From IMG/VR virus record IMGVR_UViG_3300034521_000398, positions 1 to 49,479 of that record: a stretch of 49,479 bases of DNA; one strand, given 5' to 3'. The DNA comes from a virus (Duplodnaviria; Caudoviricetes). Positions 9,254 to 18,438 of this stretch are shown piece by piece. The position numbers were made by a program, and so were the translations under genes. Numbering within the stretch: position 1 is the stretch's first letter; every line of letters starts with the position of its first letter. The notes under the pieces were generated by a model. It saw only the letters and a list, made by a program, of their open reading frames with translations, did no database searches and was not told where the DNA came from.

Positions 9254-9828
9254 AAGCGATAAGTGTAAAGCAACCGTGGGCATACTTATTATGTGCCGGC
9301 ATTAAAGGTATTGAGAACCGAGCTTGGAAATTGCCCGATAAGTACAAAGGGAAAAGGGTTTTGATTCATGCGAGTGCTAAAACGGATAAAGAACCGTATA
9401 TGCTGTTTGATGATGCACAAATAGATGCAATTGGAAATGACATAATGGATGTAGTCGCTTCTTATCATAATACTTCTGCTATTATCGGAAGCGTCGTATT
9501 TACAGATTGTGTGATTAACCATCAAAGTGTGTGGGCGGAGAAAACACACATGGCTAAATTGGGAGAATACGAACTTCCATCTTGCTTATATCATCCATAT
9601 AAACCCATATACAACTGGGTGGCATCTTATCCGATCTTATTCGATAAACCAATACCGGCTAAAGGGAAGCTATCCTTTTGGGATTTTCCAAATATCGTAT
9701 GCGAGCAGGATGAAGACTGCAAGGATATATGTTGCTGCCATCTAGGTATTCCCGAAAAAGATCAAGTCCTATCGTATGGTGTCGGAGATTATCGCTGCAA
9801 ATATTGCGGAGGAAAATGGTATAAATAA
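9250..9828 (+). CDS. ASCH domain protein
   Basis: AISVKQPWAYLLCAGIKGIENRAW...VLIHAS...KGKLSFW. Confidence 0.85.
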   Translation: MKAISVKQPWAYLLCAGIKGIENRAWKLPDKYKGKRVLIHASAKTDKEPYMLFDDAQIDAIGNDIMDVVASYHNTSAIIGSVVFTDCVINHQSVWAEKTHMAKLGEYELPSCLYHPYKPIYNWVASYPILFDKPIPAKGKLSFWDFPNIVCEQDEDCKDICCCHLGIPEKDQVLSYGVGDYRCKYCGGKWYK

Positions 9829-9843
9829 GTAAAAAGGAATATT

Positions 9844-10317
9844 ATGAAAAGAGAAATTTTATTCAGAGGTAAACGCACCGATAACGGAGAATGGGTGTAT
9901 GGTTATCTAATAGGTAACAATGTAATTGTAGGTGGGGTAGTCGATTTTGATGATGATTACTTTACCACTGAATTTTGGTATAAAGTCGATCCTGAAACGG
10001 TAGGTCAGTTTACAGGAATGTATGATAATACTAAATGGGTAAATGCGTCTGAATATCATAAAAAATATGCTTATAATCTATCCAAAATCAATGGGACCAA
10101 CCCTAAAGACGAATGGAAAGGTATAATGATTTTTGAGGGTGATATAGTTCTCCAGTCGGTAGAAGGTATTGAATCAAGTCTTCATGAAGTTTATTATGAT
10201 GATGAACTATTAGGATTTGAAATCAAGAATTCTAGTGAATTATTTATTTGCCAATTCTCTCATGAATTTGAGGTGATAGTCAATATCCACGATAGACCAG
10301 AATTACTAAAGCCATGA
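9844..10317 (+). CDS. YopX family protein
   Basis: REILFRGK...WVYG...TVGQFTG...IFEGDIV...EVIVNIHD. Confidence 0.88.
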   Translation: MKREILFRGKRTDNGEWVYGYLIGNNVIVGGVVDFDDDYFTTEFWYKVDPETVGQFTGMYDNTKWVNASEYHKKYAYNLSKINGTNPKDEWKGIMIFEGDIVLQSVEGIESSLHEVYYDDELLGFEIKNSSELFICQFSHEFEVIVNIHDRPELLKP

Positions 10318-10523
10318 ATGAGAGAACAACGAAGGGAACCTATAAAAAGGTAGACCTTTCAGTAAATGGAGATAAGACAAGTCAGGCGGTTGCAGCACAG
10401 AAAAATCGGGAAAAGAAATTGTTCCCGCTACGGCTAAACTCAAAGACTGTCATATATGTAACTAAGGATAAACATAACCCGTGTTACGCCGAAAGAGCAA
10501 AAAAGAAAATGGGGATATTATGA
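10314..10523 (+). CDS. Hypothetical protein
   Basis: ATGA overlaps on both sides. Confidence 0.6.
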   Translation: MNERTTKGTYKKVDLSVNGDKTSQAVAAQKNREKKLFPLRLNSKTVIYVTKDKHNPCYAERAKKKMGIL

Positions 10524-10786
10524 ATAAAAAACAATTACTATCTCATATGCGTACGCTACGTGACTGCATAAGAAACTCAACAACTCCTCCAAAAGAATCT
10601 ATTCAGGCATTCGACAGCGCAATATCTGTCATTGAGAAAACCAACCTACAGACAGTTAATGCGGCCATATACAGAAAGGAGTTACGGGATAAGGTCATAT
10701 CCACTAAAGGAGCCATGATATTAGACGGGTACGAACCGGAGGATTCATGTATTAAGTTTATGAACGAATTAATAAAAGAATTATGA
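10520..10786 (+). CDS. Hypothetical protein
   Basis: ATG at 10520 overlaps the previous stop. Confidence 0.6.
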   Translation: MNKKQLLSHMRTLRDCIRNSTTPPKESIQAFDSAISVIEKTNLQTVNAAIYRKELRDKVISTKGAMILDGYEPEDSCIKFMNELIKEL

Positions 10787-10971
10787 AGAAATATGTAAGA
10801 GACAGGATTAAAGCTTTGGAAGAAGCTAGAATAATAAAACAGGAAAAGAGAAGAAAAGATCCACACGTCAGGCAAGCGCTTGACGTTTCTTTTTTAAAGG
10901 AGGATTGGGAAATAAATATGTATGCAAACGCTCTACGAAGAGCACAAAATTGGGCAAAATATGTTAGATGA
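10783..10971 (+). CDS. Hypothetical protein
   Basis: ATGA overlap. Confidence 0.55.
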   Translation: MKKYVRDRIKALEEARIIKQEKRRKDPHVRQALDVSFLKEDWEINMYANALRRAQNWAKYVR

Positions 10972-11182
10972 AATTTTAAGCAAAATCTTAGGTAGGAAAT
11001 ACTACCTGAATGTGGTTAATGATGGATACAAGGATATGGTATCCTCAATAATCTTTGAGAGTAAAGAGAAAGCGATGGAGCACAAAATCTCATTAAGAGA
11101 TTCACGCTCTATCAAGTACGTATCTACGGTGTCATTTAGAACGCACCGATTAATAGATATGGAAGAAAGTAATAACCTTTAA
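10961..11182 (+). CDS. Hypothetical protein
   Basis: ATG at 10961 in frame with track ORF. Confidence 0.55.
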   Translation: MLDEILSKILGRKYYLNVVNDGYKDMVSSIIFESKEKAMEHKISLRDSRSIKYVSTVSFRTHRLIDMEESNNL

Positions 11183-11191
11183 ATACATTTG
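11150..11191 (+). promoter_or_regulatory. Putative late promoter (TTAATAGATA ... TACATTTG)
   Basis: Bacteroidetes -7 box plus upstream motif at the same spacing as other copies. Confidence 0.55.
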
Positions 11192-11194
11192 TGT

Positions 11195-11533
11195 ATGTAT
11201 GTAATTTTAGATTCCACAGACAATTCGGTAACGCTTTCAAAGAAACTTGCAAAAGCGTTAGATATAGGCGAAGACAGGGGGGCTTGTTTTATATTCATGT
11301 TCTCCGTAAAAGGAGAGAATACATTTGGATTTAAAAGAGTTCCATCATCATTTGCTAAGAGAACTGAATGCGGGCTTGTGTCCTACAATACAGACTTGAA
11401 GTCTTTTGGTTTTATTACGAATTGCCCTACAGTTAACTATATGGTTTACAGAGGGCTTAAGGATAATGTTAAACTTAAAGTCACAAAGGAGATTTTATCA
11501 GATGGAAGCCATTTTTTCAAAATTAAGAACTGA
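11195..11533 (+). CDS. Hypothetical protein (possible AbrB-like fold)
   Basis: NSVTLSKKLAKALDI resembles the next ORF. Confidence 0.6.
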   Translation: MYVILDSTDNSVTLSKKLAKALDIGEDRGACFIFMFSVKGENTFGFKRVPSSFAKRTECGLVSYNTDLKSFGFITNCPTVNYMVYRGLKDNVKLKVTKEILSDGSHFFKIKN

Positions 11534-11843
11534 AATAACATTCAGGGAGGACGGCATCATAGAGCTGTCCTCTAAACTAGCTGATGTTCTTGGGATAGAA
11601 AACGGAGATAGAGTAACGTTCGTAAAAGACGGAGAAGAACTCTACATCATGAAAGACGATAACGGAGCCTTATGTATCCAGACTACAAAAGCCGGTAGGT
11701 TTTTTAGAGTTAGCTGGGTAGACGCTTGCAGAAAAATCACCGGTCTGAAAATGTCAAAGTACAAAATAGGAGAGGTGATCTACAAAGACGAACATAAGAT
11801 GGTAACAATTATAACTAGAAGAAATTATGCAGAAACAAATTAA
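11502..11843 (+). CDS. Hypothetical protein (AbrB/MraZ-like N-terminus)
   Basis: DGIIELSSKLADVLGIENGDRVTFVKDGEELYI. Confidence 0.6.
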   Translation: MEAIFSKLRTEITFREDGIIELSSKLADVLGIENGDRVTFVKDGEELYIMKDDNGALCIQTTKAGRFFRVSWVDACRKITGLKMSKYKIGEVIYKDEHKMVTIITRRNYAETN

Positions 11844-14448
11844 GTATAAAGGAATGAGTACTACACCGAGCGATTACGATTGTCCGGATGGAGATTTATC
11901 TGTATGCATGAATCTGGTTAACGAGAACGGTCTAATACCAACAGACAAACCATCTGCCATATTCTCCACAGAGTACGATGTAGTTCACATCCATAAAAAC
12001 AAGGGATATACAAACTATATCTTAAAAAATGGATTAACACTTAGCCTTAAAGACGGAGCGGACATTGTAACCGTTCCGTCCTTAAGGGAAGTAACCTCTA
12101 TTGGTAATATACTCATTATAATGACAGATGAAGATATAAGATACGCTCTGTTTAAAGATGGAGCGTATAAATATCTTGGTAGCGAAATGCCAACTCCTCA
12201 TATTTATTTTGCTACAGAAAAGTACAACGACTATATGGCAGGAAATGTCACTCCTTTTAATGCTGAATTCTCTACCATAAATTTGCCGTTTGTAAACAAT
12301 GCGCAGGATGCCACAAATGTGTCTGACGGTGAAATGTCAAGCACTATAAAAGAGATGTATGCTTCTGCTCTTAAGACTGTAAGCGATGCTGTTATAGGGG
12401 CTATAAACAAAAAAACATCAAGCCTATTGGAGAGCGGTAAATTTACATTGCCTTTTTTTGTTCGGTATGCATTAAGAATGTATGATGGCACGGTAATAAA
12501 ACATTCCGCACCAATATTAATTGATCCTGGATTTGCTAATATTGTAGCCGTACCACAAGGATCTTCTTATGTACCAAAAACACCTATATCAGAGCTTCCA
12601 ACATATTACATTTCTGGTTTTATAAGAGACTTTTTTCTTTACTACAGGATAATAGGAGATTCTAGGTTTGAAGACTGGAGGGATATAATATCATCCATAG
12701 ATGTATTCATAAGTAAACCTATATACAACTACGACCAGAGTAAAAATATACAAGGTGTTTTCTCAAAAGAATATGCACTACAATGCTTATCGGATCAAAG
12801 GTTAGTAGATGCTATTGATAACGTATACCCCGAATCTCTGTATGTGACTTATAACAAAGTATGGCTACCGTATAAAAAACCATCTGATTATCTTGAAGAG
12901 ATAGTAAACACTTCCACGTTCTACAAAATAGCTTCATTTAATACGGAAGACATTATAAGGGGATATTCCGAATCTGATGATGAAGCTGTTAATGGAGATA
13001 CGCTATACGATCCTGACGGGAATAAGCTTCATATACTAAAACCTAAATTGCTATCATCTCTTACTTCACAGGAAGTTATGTCTGATGATTTCAGAACTCA
13101 CTCAAAGTTATCTGCAGAGGGTTCTTACATTTACAACTCAAGATTGAATATTTATAATTTAGGAACAAAGATAAAAGGATATAATCCTAGAGTTTACAAT
13201 ACCTATAAAAGATTTGCTACAACAGATCCTCCGACTCTCGAAACGCATACAAGTATGCAGGTATCTGTAAAAAAGGAAGATGGAATAACAGCAAATATAC
13301 TATCATCAACAGAAGAGACAGGCGTTAAATATGTATGCCCATTTCCTGTGTTCTATTTCTTCCCAGAAGCCAACGCAGAAAAGGTAATTTGGCAATCAGG
13401 ATCTTTACTTAATACATTGGAGAAAAATCTAAAAACTCACCCGTCACTAAATGGAGCCTACTACCTTAATGAAAATCTACAGAGCGAATCTCTGACAGGC
13501 GTATATAAACAACTTGTCGAATCAAACAACGTTATATACTCACCTAATCAGATTAAATTATCAGAGGTTAACAATCCGTTTGTTTTCAAGGCAGTAAACA
13601 CATATAACGTAGGATCAGGAGAAATTAAAAACGTATCATCCGCATCTAAAGCGTTAAGTGAAGGTCAGTTTGGGCAATTTCCTTTGTATGCGTTTACCAC
13701 AGACGGAGTTTGGGCGCTAGAGGTATCTTCGACCGGAACGTACTCCAGTAAGCAGCCGGCTACTAGAGATATTCTTAGTGGAGAGGTAGCTCAAATTGAT
13801 GGAGCCGTAGCATTTATAACCAAACAAGGATTAATGCTACTATCTGGGATTACAAGTCAGTGCATATCAACCATAATAGGAGAGGATATAATAAACATAA
13901 ATCTTCCATCTTCGATTGTAACACCCGGAACAATACCTTTCAATGAATACATTCAGAGCGCGTTCTTGTCTTACGATTACATCCACAGGAGATTGTTTGT
14001 GATAAACCCGTCTAATAGTTATTCATACTGCTTTAGCATGAGGTCTCAAACGTGGTCCGTCATAAACGAGTCTTATTCTGGATATTTAAACTCATACCCT
14101 GAATCTCTTCTTAAAAAAGGGAATCTAGTATTAACGTATGCTGATAATGATATTTTCAGTTCTCAATACTTAATAACCAGACCCATTAAACTTGATAGCG
14201 AAGAGCTAAAGACTATCACTCAACTCATTCAAAGAGGCGTTTTAACTGATGTTCAGCAAATTTTGTACGGCTCTAGAGATGGAGTTAATTACAGAGTTAT
14301 ATCATCATCCTCAACAAAGAGATTGACCGCCCACGGAAGCCCTTATAAGTACTTTGTCTTAGTTGTAAAAACAGAGATGATTAAAGGGCAAAGCCTTGAA
14401 GGGCTAAGTACTTTATTTGATATTAAATTTAATAATAAATTAAGATAA
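11827..14448 (+). CDS. Putative tail tubular/stabilisation (nozzle) protein
   Basis: 873 aa, beta-rich; ALSEGQFGQFPLYAFTTDGVWAL; context of podovirus-like structural genes. Confidence 0.55.
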   Translation: MQKQIKYKGMSTTPSDYDCPDGDLSVCMNLVNENGLIPTDKPSAIFSTEYDVVHIHKNKGYTNYILKNGLTLSLKDGADIVTVPSLREVTSIGNILIIMTDEDIRYALFKDGAYKYLGSEMPTPHIYFATEKYNDYMAGNVTPFNAEFSTINLPFVNNAQDATNVSDGEMSSTIKEMYASALKTVSDAVIGAINKKTSSLLESGKFTLPFFVRYALRMYDGTVIKHSAPILIDPGFANIVAVPQGSSYVPKTPISELPTYYISGFIRDFFLYYRIIGDSRFEDWRDIISSIDVFISKPIYNYDQSKNIQGVFSKEYALQCLSDQRLVDAIDNVYPESLYVTYNKVWLPYKKPSDYLEEIVNTSTFYKIASFNTEDIIRGYSESDDEAVNGDTLYDPDGNKLHILKPKLLSSLTSQEVMSDDFRTHSKLSAEGSYIYNSRLNIYNLGTKIKGYNPRVYNTYKRFATTDPPTLETHTSMQVSVKKEDGITANILSSTEETGVKYVCPFPVFYFFPEANAEKVIWQSGSLLNTLEKNLKTHPSLNGAYYLNENLQSESLTGVYKQLVESNNVIYSPNQIKLSEVNNPFVFKAVNTYNVGSGEIKNVSSASKALSEGQFGQFPLYAFTTDGVWALEVSSTGTYSSKQPATRDILSGEVAQIDGAVAFITKQGLMLLSGITSQCISTIIGEDIININLPSSIVTPGTIPFNEYIQSAFLSYDYIHRRLFVINPSNSYSYCFSMRSQTWSVINESYSGYLNSYPESLLKKGNLVLTYADNDIFSSQYLITRPIKLDSEELKTITQLIQRGVLTDVQQILYGSRDGVNYRVISSSSTKRLTAHGSPYKYFVLVVKTEMIKGQSLEGLSTLFDIKFNNKLR

Positions 14449-14476
14449 AAAAAAGAGGGGTTTAATTACCCCTCTT
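14449..14476. terminator. Bidirectional intrinsic terminator
   Basis: AAGAGGGG-loop-CCCCTCTT between convergent genes. Confidence 0.8.
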
Positions 14477-14978
14477 AAAATGGAAACATCTTTCTTTTTG
14501 TTATCCCTACCCTGATACTAAGGTATCCTTTCACCTTGTTTAATTCTTCTATAGCCTTTATTCTATATAATTCAGCTTCATCTTTCTTGGTGATAGAGAA
14601 CCATTCAAATAGACTCATACATACCATATATTCATGACAGGCGGCAGTAATGGGGCTCACAATATTTTTATTGAAGTCTACCGGCATATTAAGAGATAAA
14701 ACATATGATGATGGTTCTTTGAACGCATTATCAGATGAAATAGTCTCAATAACATCTCCTGATACTGTTAAACTAACTTTGTTGTATGCGGATAGTCCAA
14801 CAATGAGTTCGTTGTAGGATTTATCCATAATCCTAGTTATCCTGTCAACATTCCCTGTATTAACCACATCCTGAATGCCGCTCTGTGCTTTAGAGTCTTG
14901 TACTAAATCTCCTGTGATATAAGCGATATTGCTTATATCGTACAAGATAGCATCCCTATGTAGCGTAATGGTTATCAT
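14475..14978 (-). CDS. Putative head-tail adaptor/ring protein (paralog 3)
   Basis: Similar to the two upstream ORFs (ITITL...YD...L.MP..F...Y.V...WF). Confidence 0.6.
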   Translation of the reverse strand: MITITLHRDAILYDISNIAYITGDLVQDSKAQSGIQDVVNTGNVDRITRIMDKSYNELIVGLSAYNKVSLTVSGDVIETISSDNAFKEPSSYVLSLNMPVDFNKNIVSPITAACHEYMVCMSLFEWFSITKKDEAELYRIKAIEELNKVKGYLSIRVGITKRKMFPF

Positions 14979-15466
14979 ACAACGGGAGCTGTTCTTGTCG
15001 GTCTGATCCTTTTATTAAGAGACTCCCTCAGCTCTTCAACATTGTTTTTAGCCAATTCAAAGTATGTTTGAGCTTCATCGGGTTTAGTGATTGTAAACCA
15101 ATCAAATAATACCGAATTGACGATATACTTGTCTATTGCCGATTTTACCGCATCAATTACTCCCTGATTGAAGTTATCCGGCATCTCAAGAGATATTGCC
15201 AAATTCCCTTCCGCAGTGAGCAGTATGTTGCTAGCCGTAGTTCCTGTGCCAGATACATAAGAGCTTAGTTTAGCTTTTAACGTATCAAAAGCATTCCCGA
15301 TAGAGCGAAGAAGCTGATTTTCGTTATCATCCTCATCATTAGCTTGCATATTAGCAACCTGTTCATAGTTATTCCCGTTTTCACGAGATTTACCTGTCAA
15401 GAAAGTCTTATTCTTAACATCATAGATAATTTCAGACTTGTACAGAGTGATTGTAATTGTTCTCAT
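14975..15466 (-). CDS. Putative head-tail adaptor/ring protein (paralog 2)
   Basis: Paralogous motifs; ATGA overlap. Confidence 0.6.
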   Translation of the reverse strand: MRTITITLYKSEIIYDVKNKTFLTGKSRENGNNYEQVANMQANDEDDNENQLLRSIGNAFDTLKAKLSSYVSGTGTTASNILLTAEGNLAISLEMPDNFNQGVIDAVKSAIDKYIVNSVLFDWFTITKPDEAQTYFELAKNNVEELRESLNKRIRPTRTAPVV

Positions 15467-15933
15467 ACTGGATTTACTCTAATTGGTTTTTTTCTAAAGT
15501 ATATTTTTCTTCTTATATCATTTCCGTTTCCTAGTGATTCAGCTTTATAATATTCAGACTCATTTTTATCAATTAAGGCAAACCATTTAGATGCTATTGA
15601 ATTGACGAAATAAGAATGCAAGCTGTTTTGTATCGAGTTGGTTAGGTTGCTATCAAACGAACTAGGCATATCCATCACAACAGTGTATATTTCCGTGTTG
15701 TCTATCGTTTGAGAAGTACTTTCTGTAACGCTTTTGATGAAATTTTTAAATTCATCTGTTGATGCGTTGCATGAGTCTCTCCAAAAACGCTCTAGCAAAA
15801 TGCGATCATCATCAGTAGTGAATACTTTATCGTACGTCAACTCTGATTCATTATTTTTAGCCCCGATATAGCCTGTTAATTTAGCTACATCATCGTAAAC
15901 AGAAGCCTTTTTTATATTTAGCGTTATATCCAT
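15463..15933 (-). CDS. Putative head-tail adaptor/ring protein (paralog 1)
   Basis: Paralogous motifs; ATGA overlap. Confidence 0.6.
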   Translation of the reverse strand: MDITLNIKKASVYDDVAKLTGYIGAKNNESELTYDKVFTTDDDRILLERFWRDSCNASTDEFKNFIKSVTESTSQTIDNTEIYTVVMDMPSSFDSNLTNSIQNSLHSYFVNSIASKWFALIDKNESEYYKAESLGNGNDIRRKIYFRKKPIRVNPV

Positions 15934-15937
15934 AAGG

Positions 15938-15979
15938 CAAATATATAACAGTATTATTAAAATGAATTATATGTATTAA
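15938..15979 (-). promoter_or_regulatory. Putative late promoter (TTAATACATA ... TATATTTG)
   Basis: -7 box 4 nt upstream of ATG; shared upstream motif. Confidence 0.6.
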
Positions 15980-15982
15980 CGC

Positions 15983-16017
15983 AAAACCGCCCCAGCCTAA
16001 TTAAAGACTGAGGCGGC
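15983..16017 (-). terminator. Intrinsic terminator ending the tail/DGR transcript
   Basis: GCCGCCTCAGTC-loop-GGCTGGGGCGGTTTT on the minus strand. Confidence 0.7.
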
Positions 16018-16065
16018 TACTTTATAAACACAAAGTAAGACTCTACACCACAAATGTAGTCAATT

Positions 16066-16458
16066 CTACTGTGCCAACCAAGAGGCTACGGTTGAAATTG
16101 CATACTCCCGCTCGATATTGAACAGGTTAAACTCGTCTGCGTACTGAGCCGCAAGCGGATGTTCCGGATCGGTGAGACGTAGAAGCTGATGTGTTTTGAT
16201 TGCATCCTCTTCGGTCTGTGTAAACCTGCTGCGTATGATGCCGTTGATCAGATCATCACGCGTATCGGTTGCGGCATCAATCAAGGTACCACCGTCTGCT
16301 TCAGTGCCTGAATACGTATAAGCCGTTCGAGGTGCGAAGCCTTCAGGCGCATCTTCGGGTGTATAACTCTCAATTACCTGTTCGTGCAGGTATGCTATAA
16401 CTCTCTTGTCGTCGTAACGACTAAACGTTTTGCGATTGAAATATGTAGCTGATTTCAT
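16066..16458 (-). CDS. Hypothetical protein downstream of DGR RT (possible accessory factor or fibre chaperone)
   Basis: 3 nt from the RT stop; same GC-rich composition. Confidence 0.65.
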   Translation of the reverse strand: MKSATYFNRKTFSRYDDKRVIAYLHEQVIESYTPEDAPEGFAPRTAYTYSGTEADGGTLIDAATDTRDDLINGIIRSRFTQTEEDAIKTHQLLRLTDPEHPLAAQYADEFNLFNIEREYAISTVASWLAQ

Positions 16459-16461
16459 AAT

Positions 16462-18000
16462 CTACGTAAATTTATAAAACTTTTTTCTTTGTTTGTTCAC
16501 AAACTCCTTGATTGCTGTCACAAGGGGCAAGTCTTCTTGTGAAAAATCATTCAGAGCCTGTTCAATCATAATCCTCGAACCTGAAAAAGAGTAATACTCT
16601 TCATCATGCCAGGTGTAAGTAGTTTCTTCGCCATCGGAGTTGACCTGGTCCACCTTTTTGTAGCGTATAGCTATACGCTGCTTGCATGATCCATCGTCAT
16701 TCTTCTCAATCACCGAATCCTCTACCTTGTAGTCAATCAGTAAGATAAGCTTGTCTTCTTCGTTATCTCTCTCGAGACAAATCAAATCCTCTACTGATCT
16801 CTTTTGTTCCGCCGTCATACCTTCAAAAGGCGCCTTTTTACGCCTGTTGCGAATAACAGCTCCTAGTCTTTTCTCCATATTTAATTTTTTCAATAAATGT
16901 CTCGTCTGAGCATGTATAGCAAACCCTACACGGCTCGCACAAGCTAGCTCTATCTCCCTGTCTGTCAACCCTTTTTTGCGCAGTTTAGCTACTTGCCGGC
17001 ATAATGCTTTTTTGTTCTTTTTACGTAGCATCAGCCGGTCATGATAGAATACATAACCGCACAAATCGTTACCCATCCATGTTGGCCTGATCGCCCAATT
17101 CTTATTAACGGGCAGCAAAAAGTCACGTGTCAGAGTCATAATAGCAAGTTCGACCATTAATCGAAGGAACACCTTATCACTGTGCTTGATAACGATATTA
17201 TCGGCAAAACGACTGTAGCTGTACAGTCCTCTGCGGACAAAATTATCAAACTTCTGATTGAGGTACTCAACGCCCCGGTTGATCTCAGCAGCTTCAGCTG
17301 CAGTGCGACAGGTAACAATCGAATCGGTTACATACCTGCTTTGCCAGTAGCGGTATTTCTCCGGATCATCCGCAATGCCGAAACAGTTGAGCGCAATACG
17401 ATCAAACGGTGCCAGGTATAACCCCGACAGCAGCTGTGACAGCTTAACGCCTAGAACGATACCCTGCAGAAAGCTATTGATAAACTCATCAATAAAATGC
17501 AGCAAAATAGGGTCTTTGATTTTTTTGCGGATGCACAGCGACATCAACTGATGATCGATGTTAAGGAAGTAGTGATGAATATCAAGCTGAACGAGATAAT
17601 ATAGCTCAGCCTGTGAACATCTGGTAAGCTCCTGCATCTCCTGCCTGACAAAGAAATGTGTGCCTTTGCCTGGAACACAAGCCGGCGAACGATAATAAAA
17701 GGTGTCCATTAGCCACCTCTCTACCGGGAGTAGCGCTGCCCACTGGATCGTGTGATCCGGAACAGCCGACTTGTGTACGGTTCGATGTTTGGGGTAGAAA
17801 ACCTCTTTAGCGACATAAGGTGAAGTCCTCCATGTTCTGGTAGCATAAGCATGAAGAAGATTAGCAAGATTCTCGTCTAAATCAGCTTCGAATAGCCTGA
17901 CTTCACGTCTACCGTGTTTGCCGGCCGAATAACCCCAATAGGCGTTGCTAAAATTCTCATGCGTAGCTATCTGTGTAGATAGGTATCCTTTTCGATTCAT
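16462..18000 (-). CDS. DGR reverse transcriptase with C-terminal extension
   Basis: ACVPGKGTH, QLDIHHYF, GIVLGVKLSQ (DGR-type SQ), RFADNIVI, DLCGY; adjacent TR/VR pair. Confidence 0.93.
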   Translation of the reverse strand: MNRKGYLSTQIATHENFSNAYWGYSAGKHGRREVRLFEADLDENLANLLHAYATRTWRTSPYVAKEVFYPKHRTVHKSAVPDHTIQWAALLPVERWLMDTFYYRSPACVPGKGTHFFVRQEMQELTRCSQAELYYLVQLDIHHYFLNIDHQLMSLCIRKKIKDPILLHFIDEFINSFLQGIVLGVKLSQLLSGLYLAPFDRIALNCFGIADDPEKYRYWQSRYVTDSIVTCRTAAEAAEINRGVEYLNQKFDNFVRRGLYSYSRFADNIVIKHSDKVFLRLMVELAIMTLTRDFLLPVNKNWAIRPTWMGNDLCGYVFYHDRLMLRKKNKKALCRQVAKLRKKGLTDREIELACASRVGFAIHAQTRHLLKKLNMEKRLGAVIRNRRKKAPFEGMTAEQKRSVEDLICLERDNEEDKLILLIDYKVEDSVIEKNDDGSCKQRIAIRYKKVDQVNSDGEETTYTWHDEEYYSFSGSRIMIEQALNDFSQEDLPLVTAIKEFVNKQRKKFYKFT

Positions 18001-18161
18001 GTGTCTTGTCCGTGTCTTTTTTGATTGTCTGCTTTTAACTTTCCCTGCTTTCGGCCGTAAAAACGTCTACCGGCACTTCTTTTTAAATTGTATTTTCCGC
18101 CATGGGGCGAAGTCTCGTTTCTTATAAGAAGTGGAAGCTGACAAACAAACCACTTCAGTAA

Positions 18162-18289
18162 GTTGAGGGGCGAGCCATAGTTCGCATTGGTCGTCGTGAC
18201 TCCATTGTTCACATTCAGGTACTCAAGACCTCCATTGCCTCCATTGTTCGCATTGCCACCGACGGCAGGAACCCGAAGCCCGGAAGACG
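18162..18289 (-). repeat. DGR template repeat (TR)
   Basis: 128-bp ungapped match to 18487-18614; AAY-rich (GGNANNGGNGGLEYLNVNNGVTTTNANYGSPLN). Confidence 0.95.
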
Positions 18290-18314
18290 GCTCACAGAAA
18301 CGACAACTTTAAGA

Positions 18315-18345
18315 CAAAGATACCACTTTTTATTAAATATGCAAA
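18315..18345 (-). promoter_or_regulatory. Canonical Bacteroidetes promoter for TR-RT
   Basis: TTTG-N19-TATCTTTG about 25 nt upstream of TR. Confidence 0.7.
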
Positions 18346-18365
18346 AAAGTCAAGGAGCGCTTATA

Positions 18366-18431
18366 CCCCTTCGCCCTTCCGGGCTCTGGGGTTCTTTGTG
18401 TCCTTCGGCCACTTTTGCAACCTCCGGACAC
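18366..18431 (-). other. Twin hairpins downstream of VR (DGR cis element and/or 3' end structure)
   Basis: GTGTCC GGA GGTTGC AAAA GTGGCC GAA GGACAC and CCCC AGA GCCC GGAA GGGC GAA GGGG. Confidence 0.65.
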
Positions 18432-18438
18432 TTAGTTA

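Noticed and set aside
16462-18000. Group II intron, retron or Abi RT
   Set aside because: SQ motif plus an adjacent A-specific TR/VR pair identify a DGR; no intron domain V/VI seen
17997-18212. 71-aa ORF as avd or another gene
   Set aside because: It is the TR and spacer read in the VR frame; no Avd-like features
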